A DNA stretch of 64,000 nt from Harriotta raleighana (taxonomy: Eukaryota), in the NCBI GenBank assembly GCA_050575255.1, contig JBNZDD010013726.1, positions 5,761,678 through 5,825,677 on the forward strand. Reading direction: 5' to 3'. The notes beneath the pieces were generated by a model. That model was not told the DNA's origin and did not search any database. It worked only from the letters and a program-made list of their open reading frames with translations. Position numbers and translations under genes: made by a program. Below are positions 1-14,500 of this stretch, piece by piece (the first letter of the stretch is position 1; every line of letters starts with the position of its first letter).

Positions 1-200
1 CCAAGGACAACAACAACAACAAAATTAAATTTGTAGAGCGCCTTTCACAACGGGAGGACATCAGCAACAAAATTACACTTGCATAGCTACTTTCACGTCA
101 AGAAGACGTCCCAAGGTGCTGGATGTCCCAAGGCGCTGGGACAGAGCCCTAGAGGATGCCACAGGTGACAGGGCAGGTCTAGAGGAGAAGGGTTGGTATT
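1..200 (-). mobile_element. L2 LINE 3'-tail fragments
   Basis: Repeated caacaacaaaattacacttg...gcctttcacgtc...gtcccaaggcgct tail, shared with other L2-like pieces in the window. Confidence 0.6.
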
Positions 201-2430
201 ACATATTGGGAGCTCATCAGTTAATTTTGTAGCATCCAGAACTCAAGAAATATGATTTTTTTTAAAATAATTTAAATTATTTTGTCAGAAATACTTGCAT
301 GTTTACTTCTTTCAACCGCGGAAACTTATTCCTTGAGTCAATCGTGTGTAAGGAGCTTTGCCTTCAGTAATATTTTATGAGTGAAAACATTGGTCTCTTG
401 GTTGAACTGATTTGGAAAGAATTGGATTCGTGAGATCAAATCACATTCATATTTTAGCCTCTAAACTACAGTTGCAGCCTATAAAGGAAACCAAGCTGAA
501 TTTCAATGAGAGTCAGTCACTAATCCACCCAATAGAGTACTTACATGAAGAAAATCATCCTTTGGTGGTGTTTTAAAGTTTTTGACTGCACTGAACAAAG
601 CAAATAGGGAACCTCTTTAAAGGTTTCAGATACATAAAAACAAAACATTCTGTTAATTTTCTTTGTTTCTATGATCAGGATAGTTTCTTGATTGCTGTTT
701 GCCCCTATTGATACATTGAAACATATATCCTTCCCAACTCATACTGTGTAAGGTGTAACTTAAATATGATTGACAATTTAAAGTGGCTTAAGAACAGGGC
801 TAAATAGTTTTCTAGTGAATCAATCCATTATGAATACAAGTATTGTGGCTGCAAATTAATGCATGTGATTTATTTCTTACAGAATATAAGTACCAACGTT
901 TGAAAGAGTTGCCATTTAGAAATCAGTCTGATTAGTACAGAATCAAACATTTGTGAATATTTTAAAAATATAACAAACAGCATAGTCCACAAAATCTGGG
1001 AAACATGATTTAATAAGCACTTAAAATTCAACTTTTATACATAGCCTTGTAATTTCTAAATGAATAGGTAACAAAACATAAAACATAGAAACTCCTATAT
1101 GTTATATATTTTCACATACATCATAAGTTGCATACAATTTGTACCCAACTTATGGAGAAATAAAATATCGTCTCACCTTTAATTTTCAAGTGCAACCAAA
1201 GCCAAGGTTATTTTTTTCCCCCTGGGATGAGATGGTTCAGACTATAAACATTTCCCTGAGGTACAATGTCTACTTAATTAACTGCCTGTGAAATCTAATG
1301 TAGTGTCTAGAAGACACAAACACTAACGACAAATGAAGTTCTAATTCATGATCAAAATGCTCTGGATGAGTATCTAACCTGTTTGTCTACTCCTGCGATG
1401 TAATCGTGTTTATAATTGGATACACCTTCAGTTATTAGTCCAGTCAGTCACATCAGGTGATCACAAATGTTAGGATATTTATACACTGTGGAAGTGTTGA
1501 TATTGAGCTTTTATTAGAATCTTCTCTTTGTTTCCACTTTGTTTTCTTCCTTGGGTAAATTGTATTGTGTGCATGAGATTCATTCTGTGATGATTCAAAG
1601 TGTTTCAAATGCATGTGTCGGGCACAAAAGGGGTAAAATCAATAGTACTGACGGATATATGGATCTCAGTACAGTATTGCTAGATCCAAACTGATCAGTG
1701 GAGGGGGACATTTTCTCTTATGTTGTACATTTGTGATCAATTTGCATTCATCTCTTTCAGCAAATATTGATTTCCAGAAGGCTATTTAGCAGCTCACTCT
1801 TTAAAGCACCCAAACTGGTAACCAAACAAAGGCCACCCAGAATGACTGATTGTTAAGATTTTAAATTGATTTTACCACATTTTCCTTTTGTACTTCTAAT
1901 GGCAAAATACACTTATACTGGAATGTTCTCATCTGCTATTAATGATGGATGTTGCCTTGAGGTTGGCGGTTATCTTTATCTCTCCAATTTTCTTCTCCAT
2001 GTTGGTGACTTACACTTTAGTATGGTTGCACAGTTACTGGCATCTATCCAGCTCCTCACATAAGTAGCCAATTCTTTATCATGGAGTGTCAGTTAGCTGT
2101 TCAACTCCTGAGATGCCACAACGGAGCTCAGTGTTTATTTGTATTCACACGCGGAAACTTTCACAGCAGAAATTACTGGTAGCGATCAGCAATAATGAAA
2201 ACCTTAGCTTATTTTTCCCTTCCTTGCCTGGAGATAGATTGTGGCATCCCACTGACTTCTTCACGGAAGCAAACCAATTTGTCACAAGCTGCATTGAGAC
2301 TGGAACATTCCTGTTAGGTAGGGCTCCATACGATATCATGTGACAAACTGCTTTCATATGGGATTGTAGTTTCAATTGTACAGAGAGATACATGAACCAT
2401 CATCCCGAGATATGAAAGAATTCATAAGTG

Positions 2431-2757
2431 TAATATTAATAATCCTTGCATTTGAAAAATGCAAACACTTTTCACGTCTTCTAGACATCTCAAAGCACTT
2501 CACAGAATATACAGTAAAGTGAATTGACTGTATATTTGTGGGCGAAATGCAGCAGCCAATCGTGCACAGCAGTGTCCCACAAACAGTCAAGGATTGAAAT
2601 GACCAATTTTATTATTGTGGATTTTTTTTTGACGGATTATTATCAGGGGTGTGGAGTAAGGAAACTTGCCCAAGATTTCGCCCTGACCTGCCTGGATTCA
2701 AACACAGGTCTCATACTTGTAAGGCAAGTGCTCTAACCACTGAGCTGCGGGAGCTCC
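2431..2757 (-). mobile_element. tRNA-headed SINE (family A), near full length
   Basis: Reverse complement has a tRNA-like head (gctcagtggttagagc...gtttgaatcc), body gggcaagtttccttactccac and tail aaatgcaaggattatta. Many copies in the window. Confidence 0.8.
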
Positions 2758-3225
2758 ACAAAATACCACAATGCACACTGTTGAAGCAAACATGTATTCT
2801 CAATGGAACTATGCATAATATGTTTGATAAAATGGTTTTACATTATACAATTAAGGCAAGATTGAGTTAATCAAATAATCTCATAAAATGAGAAGTTAAA
2901 TTTTAACATAACAAATCAATGGGAATCCTATTGTCCGCAGGATTTTGAAAAAATATATAGTTTTAATGCTTGGCTTTTCCAACTACTGTACTGTAGTAGG
3001 ATTTAATTTTCAGTATTTCTCAATAGAATTCCTTAATAGGGTATTTAAATCACAGAAATGGGACTCCTGGTAACTGGAATTATACCAAACTGCTGGAATC
3101 TACTTCCAGAATGAGGTTCCTGCAAATTGATAGGAATTCTGAGCAATCTCCTTAAATTATATCTCAGAGTGTTACTGTGAGTAAGCATCATGTATCCATT
3201 AGTAATGCTGCTATTTCTCTTCCAG

Positions 3226-3353
3226 CAAATACTGCAAAGGTTTTCGTTGAGGTACAAGATGAAAATGACCATGCCCCTGTTTTCAGTAAATCGTTATACT
3301 TGGGTGGAGTGGCTGAAGATGCCAAGACATTTACCTCTGTGCTGGAGGTTGAG
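3226..3353 (+). CDS. PCDH15: PCDH15 internal exon (128 nt), EC10-EC11 linker
   Basis: tccAG|CAAATACT...GTTGAG|GTGAGT. Encodes NTAKVFVEVQDENDHAPVFSKSLYLGGVAEDAKTFTSVLEVE with the cadherin DxNDxxPxF motif, resembling human NTAKVYIEIQDENNHPPVF. Phase 1 to 0. Confidence 0.95.
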
Positions 3354-3580
3354 GTGAGTGGGAATGATGAATTACATTTCCATTTCATTATATAAACGAA
3401 AAAATATTGTCTAAATAATATGCTGAGCAATTGAAAACTTCTAACCCTGACTGATTCTATGTCGATACATTGCTTCAATGGCTACATCAACCAGATAAAT
3501 ACCTCCTAGAATTTATACCAAATTATTTTCAGATATTATAACTAGAGTCAGATACAGTTTAATCCTTGCAAAATGCATGT

Positions 3581-4175
3581 ACAACAACAACTTCGATTTA
3601 TATAACGCCCTCCATGCCGTCTCAGAGCACTTCACAACAACGGATCCCGGAAACGAGCCAGGGCAGGGGTAGAAAGGTGACCAAAGGTGTGGTCAAAGAG
3701 AAAGGTCTTTAGCTGGGAACTGAAACTGGAAAAGAGGGGCGAGGCGAAGGGAGTGAGGAAGGGTGTTCCAGAGCCTCGGGGCGTAGTGGCTGAAGGCACG
3801 GCCACCGAGGGTGGAGTGGAGGATTCAGGGGACACAGAGGAGGCCAGACCACTCAAGGAGGAGTGAAGGTAATGGGTGCTGGTTTGAGGAGAGAGGAGGT
3901 CAGCGAGGTAGGGGGGTGCAGAGGAATGGAAGGATTTGAAAACAATTGTGAGGATCTTGAAATTGATCCTCTCTGGGACAGGGAGCCAGTGAAGTCTGGC
4001 AAAGACTGGGGTAATGGGGGAGCGAAGTTTGGTGCAGGTGAGAATGCGGGCAGGAAGAGTTTTGAATGAGTTGGATTTTATGGATTGTGGTGGAGAGGAG
4101 ACCAGCGAGGAGGGCATTGGAATAGTCCAGCTGAAAGGTGACAAAGGTTTGGATCAGGGTTTCAGCGTTTTTTAT
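3581..4175 (-). mobile_element. L2 LINE 3' fragment with frameshifted ORF2 C-terminus
   Basis: AETLIQTFVTFQLDYSNALL and ITPVFARLHWLPVPERINFKIL are typical L2 ORF2 C-terminal motifs; (GTT)n tail. Confidence 0.88.
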
Positions 4176-6411
4176 GGTCTGTGTCCCTCTCAAATGCAAC
4201 ACGGTTCTATTTATAGGAAGTATATTTTATAATGCTGTTATGTAATATATAGTACTGAATTTAAATTCTTGCCACTGATAACGCACGTTTCACATCGGGA
4301 GAATGCCTCAAAGCACTTCATAGGATTTATGTGTGTATATTTTTTAGGAAAATTATTTATCAATGAGTCAGAGTGCTGATGTGTTTGTGTATCTGGGAAA
4401 ACATTTAATATACACCATGGATGAGATAATTTTCTGAAACATGTTTATCGAAGTACAGAATGAAAGAACAATAATGCAAATAAACCCTAAACTCAATTTT
4501 GTTACAAACATAGGTGTCAAAAGTGGAAATGGAAATGCAAGCCTTCACCCCATGCATATTTTAAACAGATGTATTTTTGTTGTCAAACCAAAGTAATATG
4601 ATTTTAGCCCACTCAGTTTAACTAGTATTTGTCAGCATCTGTTCTTTTCATAAACTAGATTAGGTCACTTAGTGTACAATAAAATCAGAGGGAGCTTGTC
4701 TGCCTCTGTGAGATAAGTTGGCTTAATTAAGCCTGGCCAGTGTAAATCATGAGCCATTTCATGCACATCACTATTTGCACATCTTTTAAAAAAGCTTATG
4801 CCCTTAACATTGAAATAAATTGAAGCACATCTAATAATTTCTAACAATGTCAGGAAATTATCCTATATATACCAAGCTGCTTTTATTTATTGCTGTTTTT
4901 TTGCCTCCCAATGTGGTGGTTTAGGTCATAAATTCAGTTATTCCGCAGCAAATTGGATGCAAACTGTCATTTTTTTGAGGTTATTAAAAGGAATGCATCA
5001 TGTTACATCATTAAGAAAGTTGGCTAATATTCATCCAACAGTAAATCATCCAAAATTATGTGCAAAGCAAAATAACGAAAAAAAATGAGGAGCGGTTTCA
5101 TATGTATCAGAAAATAAATAAAATTTCTCAAAACACCTGAAAGTTGTGATCTCTTAGCTGAAATATAAAATAAACTACCCTTTTGAGAATTGGAATGTGA
5201 TAGAGGCTTTTAATGGACTAAAATATGTGATAAGACTGCAGGAAGCTTGCAAACAATGCGAGGGAATGAGCTAAGGATGGAACGAAGCTCATGAAAACAA
5301 ACCTGAGAGATTTAGACTGTTCAGGTTATACACAGGAGGAAATTAGCACAGATAATTCTGAGCAAGAGATTGCAAAGTTCAGACGAGCCAATATCTGAGT
5401 AGTAGAGCAGGGACCAGGCCAAATGCTGAGAGTAACGCATCCAGGACAGGATTCTCCAGAGGTGTACTGCACAGAAGGATATCCAGAAAGCAAGCAGCAA
5501 AAAAAATCCATATTATTGAAGCTAATCAGGTGTTCAATTCATCCATCTCATGACTCAAACGACAGCAGGACAATGAGTGATCTGGGACAGAAAGTATTGC
5601 AATCAGACTGTTAGAGTCATCAATATATCTATTATTGTACACTTGATATATCATCATCGTTGACTGGTGTACCTCAGGAATCTGAAGTTGACTAGATAAC
5701 AATGCAGCTTCACTCTCAAATTGACTCAGAGGACTGCTTTTGTTCAGCATGGACACACTGTAGAATGTTGCAGCACGCACTGAACTCTCACCATATGGAC
5801 CCTCATCGCCTGAATTTATGCTGGTATAAGTGGCTTGCTTAGAGCCAGTAAATTGGCTGTGAAAAGTTAAATTAGACTAATATAGTTAGAGCTCATTTAA
5901 GTCCAGTAATACATGCTATGGTCAAATTGTTTATTTCTCAAAAATTATACTTCGACTTGCATTTCATCAAAGTGAAGGAAATAAGACCTTGTAGTTGGAT
6001 GATTCACAGCAGATTGATATTCAGGCACAAAGAACCATCTGTGGCCAAAGATTAATGCAAGACAATGAGATGCATTCAACAGTATTTCATATTTGCTTTG
6101 GTACATGTTCCATTCCCTGCTATCCCTTCCCCAATGTCTCGTTAGCAATTAGTGACTCAAATCTAGTTTGTGAATATTACATTTGGGAACCCACTGTGTG
6201 ATGTATGAAAAAAGATCTCACTTTCATTTTGATTGTTGAAAGTTAAATACAGTATACAAGTATGATTGATGCACAAAAGCAATTTGGGATGGAACCATGC
6301 TACCATAGCCAACAATCATCCTTTTCTCTGGGTGTCCAGTAGGCTTTGTGCTACCTAACTTAAGAAACTTTCTAAAGATTATAGGTAAACTTTCGTTTTA
6401 TACCCCAAAAT

Positions 6412-6682
6412 AGGAGTCCTGTAGCCCACAAGCGAGAGACCTAGGTTCGATTCCTGGCCAGTGTGATACTTTGGGCAAGTTTCCGTACTCCACACACCTA
6501 ATAATAATCCCTAAAAAAAAAATTGGTTATTTCAACCACGACTGTTTAGTGGGATACTGCTGTGTACAATCGACTGCTGCATTTCGCTCACAAATATACA
6601 GTCAATTCACTTTACCATATATTCTGTGAAGCGCTTTGAGATGTCTAGAAGATGTGAAAAGTGTTATATAAAACTTATTATT
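6412..6682 (+). mobile_element. SINE family A (head partly deleted)
   Basis: B-box ggttcgattcc, with the same body and tail as 2431-2757. Confidence 0.8.
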
Positions 6683-9600
6683 AAAATCTAGGCACATGAA
6701 TATTACTTGCAGAGGTTGGGTTTGAAGTTGGTATGTCCAACTGTACTTCAGAGCTAGTTTGGGTAATCACAGATCAAAGCTGTCCAATCATCTGACTGCA
6801 CAGGTTGAGGCATACATTAGCAGTACAAACCTTACATGGATCAATATTTGCAGAGAATAACTATAATAACAAATGGGAAAAGAATAATAATAAAAAGAAC
6901 AGAGAATTGAGATGAGAGTAGTAAACTTCAGTAGTGGAATGAGCGACAGCATTTGGCCCTACAGTCAAATGGCCATTTCCTATGTTATAATATCTATCCA
7001 GCCTTTTTTAGCTTATGAAAAAATTCATACATTGTATTGCTACTGAAAATCTATGAGCTGGTTATCATTTGTCATGTATTTGCCTGGCTCTATTTCATCC
7101 TCTTGACCTGCTTGTGTTTTCTGTTCTGAGTGAAAGGATCAGAAGAGTTCCTGGTTCTCAGAGGAGGATGTTGATTTGGCTGCAAGCTTCAAACATTAAT
7201 CCAATAATAGTTGATTGAAATTCATTCAGAAACAATGAAATAATAGGCAAATTGTTCAGAAGCATGTAGTGAATTTATTACGTCTCAGGCTGTTTCTCTA
7301 AATTATGTTGGCCTCCCACTTTCTATAGGAGTGTAGTAGAAAATAAACAGCAATTATCCTCTTCCCTTTCAATTGAATTCAAAGGAATTTTGTATATGAA
7401 TGTGACTATGATGAAATTTAAGGCAATCAGTTGTTTTTTCTGATGCATTAACGTAGCCTTTTCAGGAAACACATGCAAGCTCTCAAATACTCTTCCCACC
7501 CCCAGCTTCAGCTGCAAGGCAATTCGATGAAGTGTTTTGAGACATCTTCCCAACATGAAAGACACACTATAAATGTAAAATTGCTGTTGCAACATCAGTT
7601 TGGTTTGAACTTCTGCAATGCTAACTATGCAACTGCACTTTGAAAAGATGTTGAGAACTAAGTACAGTACTGTACTGACAATCCTTTTGGATCAAATGAT
7701 GAATTATAGCTGCATTATACAGTATTTAACATTTTTTATTTTAAAAAAACTAGGCTTTTTGAAAACAGAATGTAGCTGTAAAGAGAAGTAAGTTATTGAC
7801 TAATAAAAATACTAATTGATTTTATCACACAACAACAACTTGGATTTATCTAACGCCTGCCACCCCAGACGGATCAAGACACTTTAAAATATTTGAATGC
7901 ACAAAATAATCATATTTGAACTTTGTACAACAATGCATTTGCAATAATAAAACTTGGATGGTGGGATTTGATTACAGTACTTTCATTAGATGCATCTACT
8001 ATTATTATCTATCACAGGAGATGGCTACAAATACATCATTTACCATTACAGTATTACACTTTGCAGTAAATCCTATGATACGCTTTCAGAGAATGACATG
8101 AAAGTTGTTATATCAAATGCAAGGATCATTATTGTTAGATGCACAAATATTTGGGAATGATGATCGGAACAGTAGAAGTGTTTAGCAAGTAAAATATGGA
8201 ATTGTAGCAATACAGTATAATACAATCCAATGTAAAATTACTTAAACACACATGCATAAAGAAGCTGGACTTGACTTTCGCCTACTTAAAATCCCAAAGT
8301 ACAAATATGTAAAATTTATAAAAAATTTACTTTAAGAACTGATTAAGAATAAATATCAGTTTAGCAAATCCATTAAGCAAAAATAGTTAATTTGTTCTTT
8401 CTTCACAATTGACTCTGTTAAATGTATCTCGAACATGTACACTTAACCTAATATTTAAAACAGAACATTATTTTTAGATTAAATCTTTGATTAGAAATTA
8501 AGATTCTTTTAAAACTGCTGCTGGCAAAGGCACCACTTTAGTTCTTGTTTCCATGAAGGTGAATGGTCACCGCAGGCAAGTACTGTAGCAAGATGGTCAA
8601 CACTCACACATTTTTTTCGAATATAGATATAATTGGTAGCAAAAACTGACAGCAACTTTAGCACAGATTGGACTGTGGTACAGAGCCTCCCTCTTCTGGC
8701 TGAATTCAGACAGAACCTATATTTAAGCACCCAATTTTTTTTTACTTCTAAATGCAGTTGGTAATGAGTGAGGGAAACACACCATCTATAATTAAAGCAG
8801 TATCATCTAAATTAAGTTGTTTACCAACATTGCATTTTTTATTTTCTGTTGGTTTGTAGTAATAATATTTAAATTTTCACTGCATCAATTTCACTCTGGA
8901 AACTCATTAAACATGGATTTTATGTGATTGCTCCCTCGTTTATTTTTCAAGCAAGAGAAAATAAAGGCTAGGTATGGACTAAATTCTCAAATTTCAAGGA
9001 GGTGTTTACAAACATCAATGAACAGAACATTCATTTTGCTGTACTTCAATAAATAGAAGCTGGAGCATAGCTTCGCTGGATTGTTTCAGCTTCTTATAAC
9101 CACTAATTTAGTGATGCCTTAAGCTGTTTTTGTACCACAGTACAGTATTCACAAGAGATTCACTGTGAAAAATCCAGTATCAATCTGGATTGTGTAGCTT
9201 GATTGGGGAGTGAATTGCAAAGAGATTTTTTTTAGACTGCCCTGAAGAATTGGTTCTTGCAACACTTTGATGTGCACCCAATAACTTTCAAGGGACTGTT
9301 TTGGTAGAAGGCATGCATTTAGTTACGCAACAGCAGAACTAGTACATCAGGATTTCGTTCTTTTACAGCCTCTGGTCAATGCAATAAGCAGAAGGAATTA
9401 AATGAGGCTTCCAGCTCCACATCAGCATTTTAGTCCTGGGAGTTTGAAGTTATGACGAGATTAATTTCCAATGTCAATATAGTTCAGCATCTTTCTGATT
9501 TTGAGCAATTCATTGGCTTTGAAGTTCCAGAAGTTTACATTGGCTCAGCACTCTCACTTGTTTGTCAGAAGGTTGTGGATTGAAGTTTGTCATTTGGACT

Positions 9601-9742
9601 TCAGTTTCAAACTGATACTTCATTGCGGTATTGGGGTCGCATTGCATTTTACAATACCTCCCTTCAGATTAGGTGGAGGATCTTAAGGATCCTGTGACAC
9701 TATCCGAAATAAGAAAGAAGTTTCTCCCAATCCACTGCACAC

Positions 9743-10275
9743 ATAATAATAATAATCCTTCCATTTGATATTGCACTTTTTCCACACTATGGAACTCCAT
9801 CCCACAGTCTCTTCGCCTCACTTCATCCTTTGCCTCCTTCAAGGCTGGTCTCAAAACCCTACTCTTCGATCGTGCCTTCTGCTGTCCTCCCAACTCTCTC
9901 CCTCCCCAACTCTTTCCCTGCCCTCCCCCCTACCCTGCTCCCCCCCTTACTTGGGTCCTGACCTGACTGTTCGGCGCCTTGGGTCGTCCTCCCGACATCA
10001 AAGGCGCTCTTTAAATGTCATTTTTGTTGTTTTTCACGTCTTCTAGACGTTTCAAAGCGCTTCACATCATATACTATAAAGTGAATTGACTGTACAATTG
10101 TGGGCAAAACTTGCACTGATTGAAGTGACCAATTTATTAATTGTTTTTATCTTGAGGGATTATTGTTAGGCATGTGGAGTAAGGAAACTTGCCCAAGATT
10201 TTGTTTTGTTGGGAATCGAACCCAAGTCTCTCGCTATGAGAGACATGTGCTCGAAACACTGAGAAACAGGGCTCC
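9743..10275 (-). mobile_element. SINE family A interrupted by a + strand L2 3' end (about 9782-10030)
   Basis: SINE tail at 9743-9781 resumes at 10031 (ttttcacgtcttctagac). The insert ends in the L2 tail ggcgctctttaaatgtcatttttgttgtt. Confidence 0.75.
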
Positions 10276-10689
10276 ATAATCACTTCATTATTTACCTAAC
10301 GACTGCTTGCGGGCCTTTGCTGTTTGCAAAATGGCCGTCACATGTGAAGTACTTTGAAACTTTTCAATATAAACAGTATTGTATATCTAAAGCAAGGATA
10401 AATATTATTGCTCCTGAGATTGTCTGTGTGCAATCGTTCTCAGGAAAAATTAGACTGATAATATCTTGATATATGGATTGCGGTATTGTTATTTACAATA
10501 ACAATTATTGCTGTACATGATCTCCGGTTACTGCCAATAAAAAATGTTGTCCTGAACCTTTTTTTGTAATTGTCTTCATTGCAAAATGAAACAAAGCAAT
10601 GAAACCAAGTGACATTTTTGGAGGCTGTGTTGTGTTTTATGAATATTGTATGAGACTAGCCCTGGGGGCTTTATTTTTTATATTGTCAG

Positions 10690-10905
10690 ATTGAAGATCA
10701 GGACACTGGAAACTATAGCGCCGTTCAGTACCGACTAATCATACCACCCTCGAAGGATGGTAAGGATGGTTTTGTGATAGAGGCGTACACTGGCCTCATC
10801 AAGTCAGCAATTACGTTCAGAAACATGAGGCGGTCGTATTTTAAATTTGAAGTTATTGCAACAGACAACTATGGGACAGGATTGAGCAGCAGTGCACGAG
10901 TTGTT
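10690..10905 (+). CDS. PCDH15: PCDH15 internal exon (216 nt), EC11
   Basis: tgtcAG|ATTGAAGAT...GTTGTT|GTAAGT. Encodes [72 protein letters not shown]. Phase 0 to 0. Confidence 0.95.
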
Positions 10906-11428
10906 GTAAGTACTTTATTTTGTAACGCTAATTCTCTTCCTTCTAGCTATAAATGGCCTGTCTGAACCCATTTAGCCATACTCTTGTTAAAGCTTTTCAT
11001 TGAATACAGATTGTCGTTTGGGGGCTCCAGATGTACTGGGAAGAAAAGAAAAATCATGTGTTGGAGAGAAACTGTTTCGAAAACAAGTTTGCGTGTTAAC
11101 TAATAATCATTTCTATTGCATTTATCAACTACAGTATATGGCTTAGGAAGTCATTCCCAAAATGCTTGTTTTGACATTTCCTAGCATTTAATTTGGGGGG
11201 CATTTCTTTCAATCACATAATGTAGAACAGGGGTTTTATACTGGTGGTGTGCATGGAAGATTGATGACTGAAGGGGGTGAGGGGGGAGGTGGGGGCTGGG
11301 GTTGCTGGAAAATATTTGAAAAAAGATGCTTTAGAGGGACATGCTTTTATGGATTGAGTTCTTGGCATCATGGAATTCCTGGTTGTGTTTCTGGTATGGT
11401 TACAGTTTGTACATTTCTAACGATTAAA

Positions 11429-11545
11429 TAATAATAATAATCCTTGCATTTGATATAGCGCTTTTCACATTTTATCGACGTCTCAAAGCGGTTTCACAGA
11501 ATATACTGTAAAGTGAATTGACTGTATGTTTTTGGGGCGAAACTA
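11429..11545 (-). mobile_element. SINE family A 3' fragment
   Basis: aataatccttgcatttgatatagcgc...aagtgaattgactgta. Confidence 0.75.
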
Positions 11546-14500
11546 TTGTGGGCTTCCTATCAAGGTGAGGATAACTGTGGCAATCATCTTTTATACCTCA
11601 GCATTTTTCCAGGAACCAACTGGTAACATGGAGGATGAGTCAGTTTATCGTGTGCATTTTCACTTGCCAGATCACCAATTCTCCTTTTACAGTATTAAGA
11701 ATCCAGATGTATGCAATGTTGCCCTGTTATAACATTGTTTTGAGATCCATAAAATCCCAGTCCCTGTTACAGTGAGCGCAATAGCAGTTTGATTGTGCAT
11801 TGTGCAACCAGACAGTTCCCACACTTATGTGTAAATCAAGTAGTCACATTGGTTGTAAATTATTACCCAGAAATTGGTCATTTTGAGCAACAGTTTGACT
11901 AGCATGTGGGAAGCGATAGGGCAGACTGTGCAAATATGCAGTGAATGGACAATGCAACCATGGTATAACCAAATTTTAGCTATAAAGAAACGCATTATAA
12001 CAGGGCAGTACAACATTCAGCAGCAAATTGCATGTTGATAAACCTTCCTCCTAACAGTGAACTTTCCACAGGTGAAAGGAGACAAGAATTGCACAAAAAT
12101 AGCCATTTGTGCACCAATTCGAAATCACATACAGTACTTATCTCAACAGAAAGCACTCAATTAATTCACACATAGCTAGTACTTTCTGAGAGGCAAACCT
12201 AACCGAACCTCATCAATCTTTCTTTATCAAGCAACTAAGTCCTCCTTTTTTTCTTTGTGCTCAAGATGTTATATCTAGACTTTAGCCTGAACTGTCAAAA
12301 TGAAGTTTTCTTTCCGTTATCTGTAAATAAGAGATAACAGGGAATAATTGTTTAATTTCCTGTTACTTTGTTGACCAATGGCAATAAAGATGTCACATTA
12401 GTGTTGAACAAAATTGCTCACCAGGAAAACTGCAGCCAAAATGGCATGTTACTTGGGAAAATGCGACTTTTCTTGCAGGCAAGCCCATTTGTGTCACACT
12501 AGCTCACGACTTGCAAGAACTCAGCTGTGAGTTAAGCTCATCTCGTGATTAATGCATATCTTTTGGAGTCACTGTAATGGCTGAGCTAATCTATTTTCAC
12601 CTTCTAAATAATCACTAACACCAACTCAAAGCAACTCCTTATGATCTCTGTATTCATTAGATAAACACTGATACAGTCCTGTAAAATGTTGCAGGGCGTT
12701 TTACAGATCGATAATGTTAGATTAAAAAAAACACTATACAGTATTCAGAATCTTTCCACTAAGTGGGGTGAGGGAGGTGGGGTGGGTGGGGGGAACAGGA
12801 GAATCAGAATTCTGCCATCGTATTGAGCAGATCAACAATAACACTTTTCTGGGAAGAATTAATTTTATTTTGAAATTATATATTTATTTATAAATATACA
12901 TGGTACAACAGAAATCCCAAACTAAATCCAATATCGTTTCTATTTTTCCAATACAGAAAAAAACATTTTGTTGTTCATGATACATTTTTTCTCTGCACAC
13001 AGGTTGTGCATATTTTATCGGAGACGCCCCCTTTACAACAGTTGGAAGTCACCCCCGTTTGCACCACAGTCATGTGCGCATTCGCACATATCCTGACAAG
13101 ATCTCCTGCCACTTTCAGAAGGATCCTGTATGCACGCATGTTTAGAAAGAATTAAATCTATGGCAGAATATTATATTTATGTATTACTTAATACGCCTGG
13201 CATTTGGGGATATACATATCAAAGCTAGAATGCACACATCATCTTACAGTAATGGTATAGTTCACTATTATATAAGAAAATAACGAGGCACCGATTAGGT
13301 AGATTATTGAAGGTTTATGAACATAAATGTAACACATTTGTTTTCACACCCATTTTACAGTCTCTTTTCAAATCCTGCCTCTACTGATACCAGCAATTTA
13401 CATGCAGAGAAAATTGATTTAAATTTGAGTTAAGAAGCAATTAATTTGTGAAATAATTGCGAGTTTGGCCTTGAGTAACCCCTACCCAAAAACATGGGCA
13501 ATGTCAAAACCTTGACATCCTTGTGGCACACTGTACATAAATACAACAAGGCTAATGTATTTGAAATTACATTGTGCTATTACAGCAGTACAGTTATAGA
13601 CCAGTTTACCAATGTAAGCAATATTAGTACAACAACAGAAATTAAGCTTCCATAGTCAAATTGGAACTGCATCAAAGAATGCAATCTATCAATATTGCCT
13701 CAACAAGCTGAATGATATTACAAAAAGAAGGATGATCTATTTTGTCTGATGTACTAAATGATGTGCAGAATCATTGTGGTGTGGTTCCAGTCCCTTGTGG
13801 TAACAATGAGCAATGATCCATCCACTATTTCAATCTTCTGATTCAGATGCACTCGCACCAATGAATTTGCTTCCTGTCTTCCACTTTGCAGTCCATGTTT
13901 TATGAGGGAAGAAGATAAAATGCTGGGTCCAGCCATATAAGACTAAAATCATCAATGGGTAACATGCATTTTATGTCTCAGTAGTAATGTGCATCTAAAA
14001 AATGGAGAAACTCCAATTAGAAATTGTTGTGGTTTTAGAAGTAATGGATCATATTTCATAAATTATACCGTATTAGACTTTTTTAAGGATGAAAGTAAAT
14101 TTATTGACCAGGGCTATCTAGTTGATAAAATAATCTGCAGTACTTGCATTTTTAAAAGGCATTTGTTAAAATTCCACAATTAATATTCATAAAGAAGATT
14201 AAGGCTTTTTAGAATAAATGGCAAGTTAGATAATTAGATTGAAAAACGGTTTTATCAATAGAAAGTAGAAGTTGATGATAAATGGAAAAGGCAGGCTTCA
14301 GGCAATGATTAGTGGAGTTTCCCAGGGATTCATTCTTGGTTCCCTGCTGTTAACAGTGTTCACAAATGACATGGAGGAGGGAATTTCTTGTAATGGAACT
14401 TCATGCAATACTACATGTCCAGTTGAATGATTTGGTGAGGGAAACCTAATTTATACTGCACTCATTTCCCCAGAGCTAAACAGAATACATTGCCTGGCTG

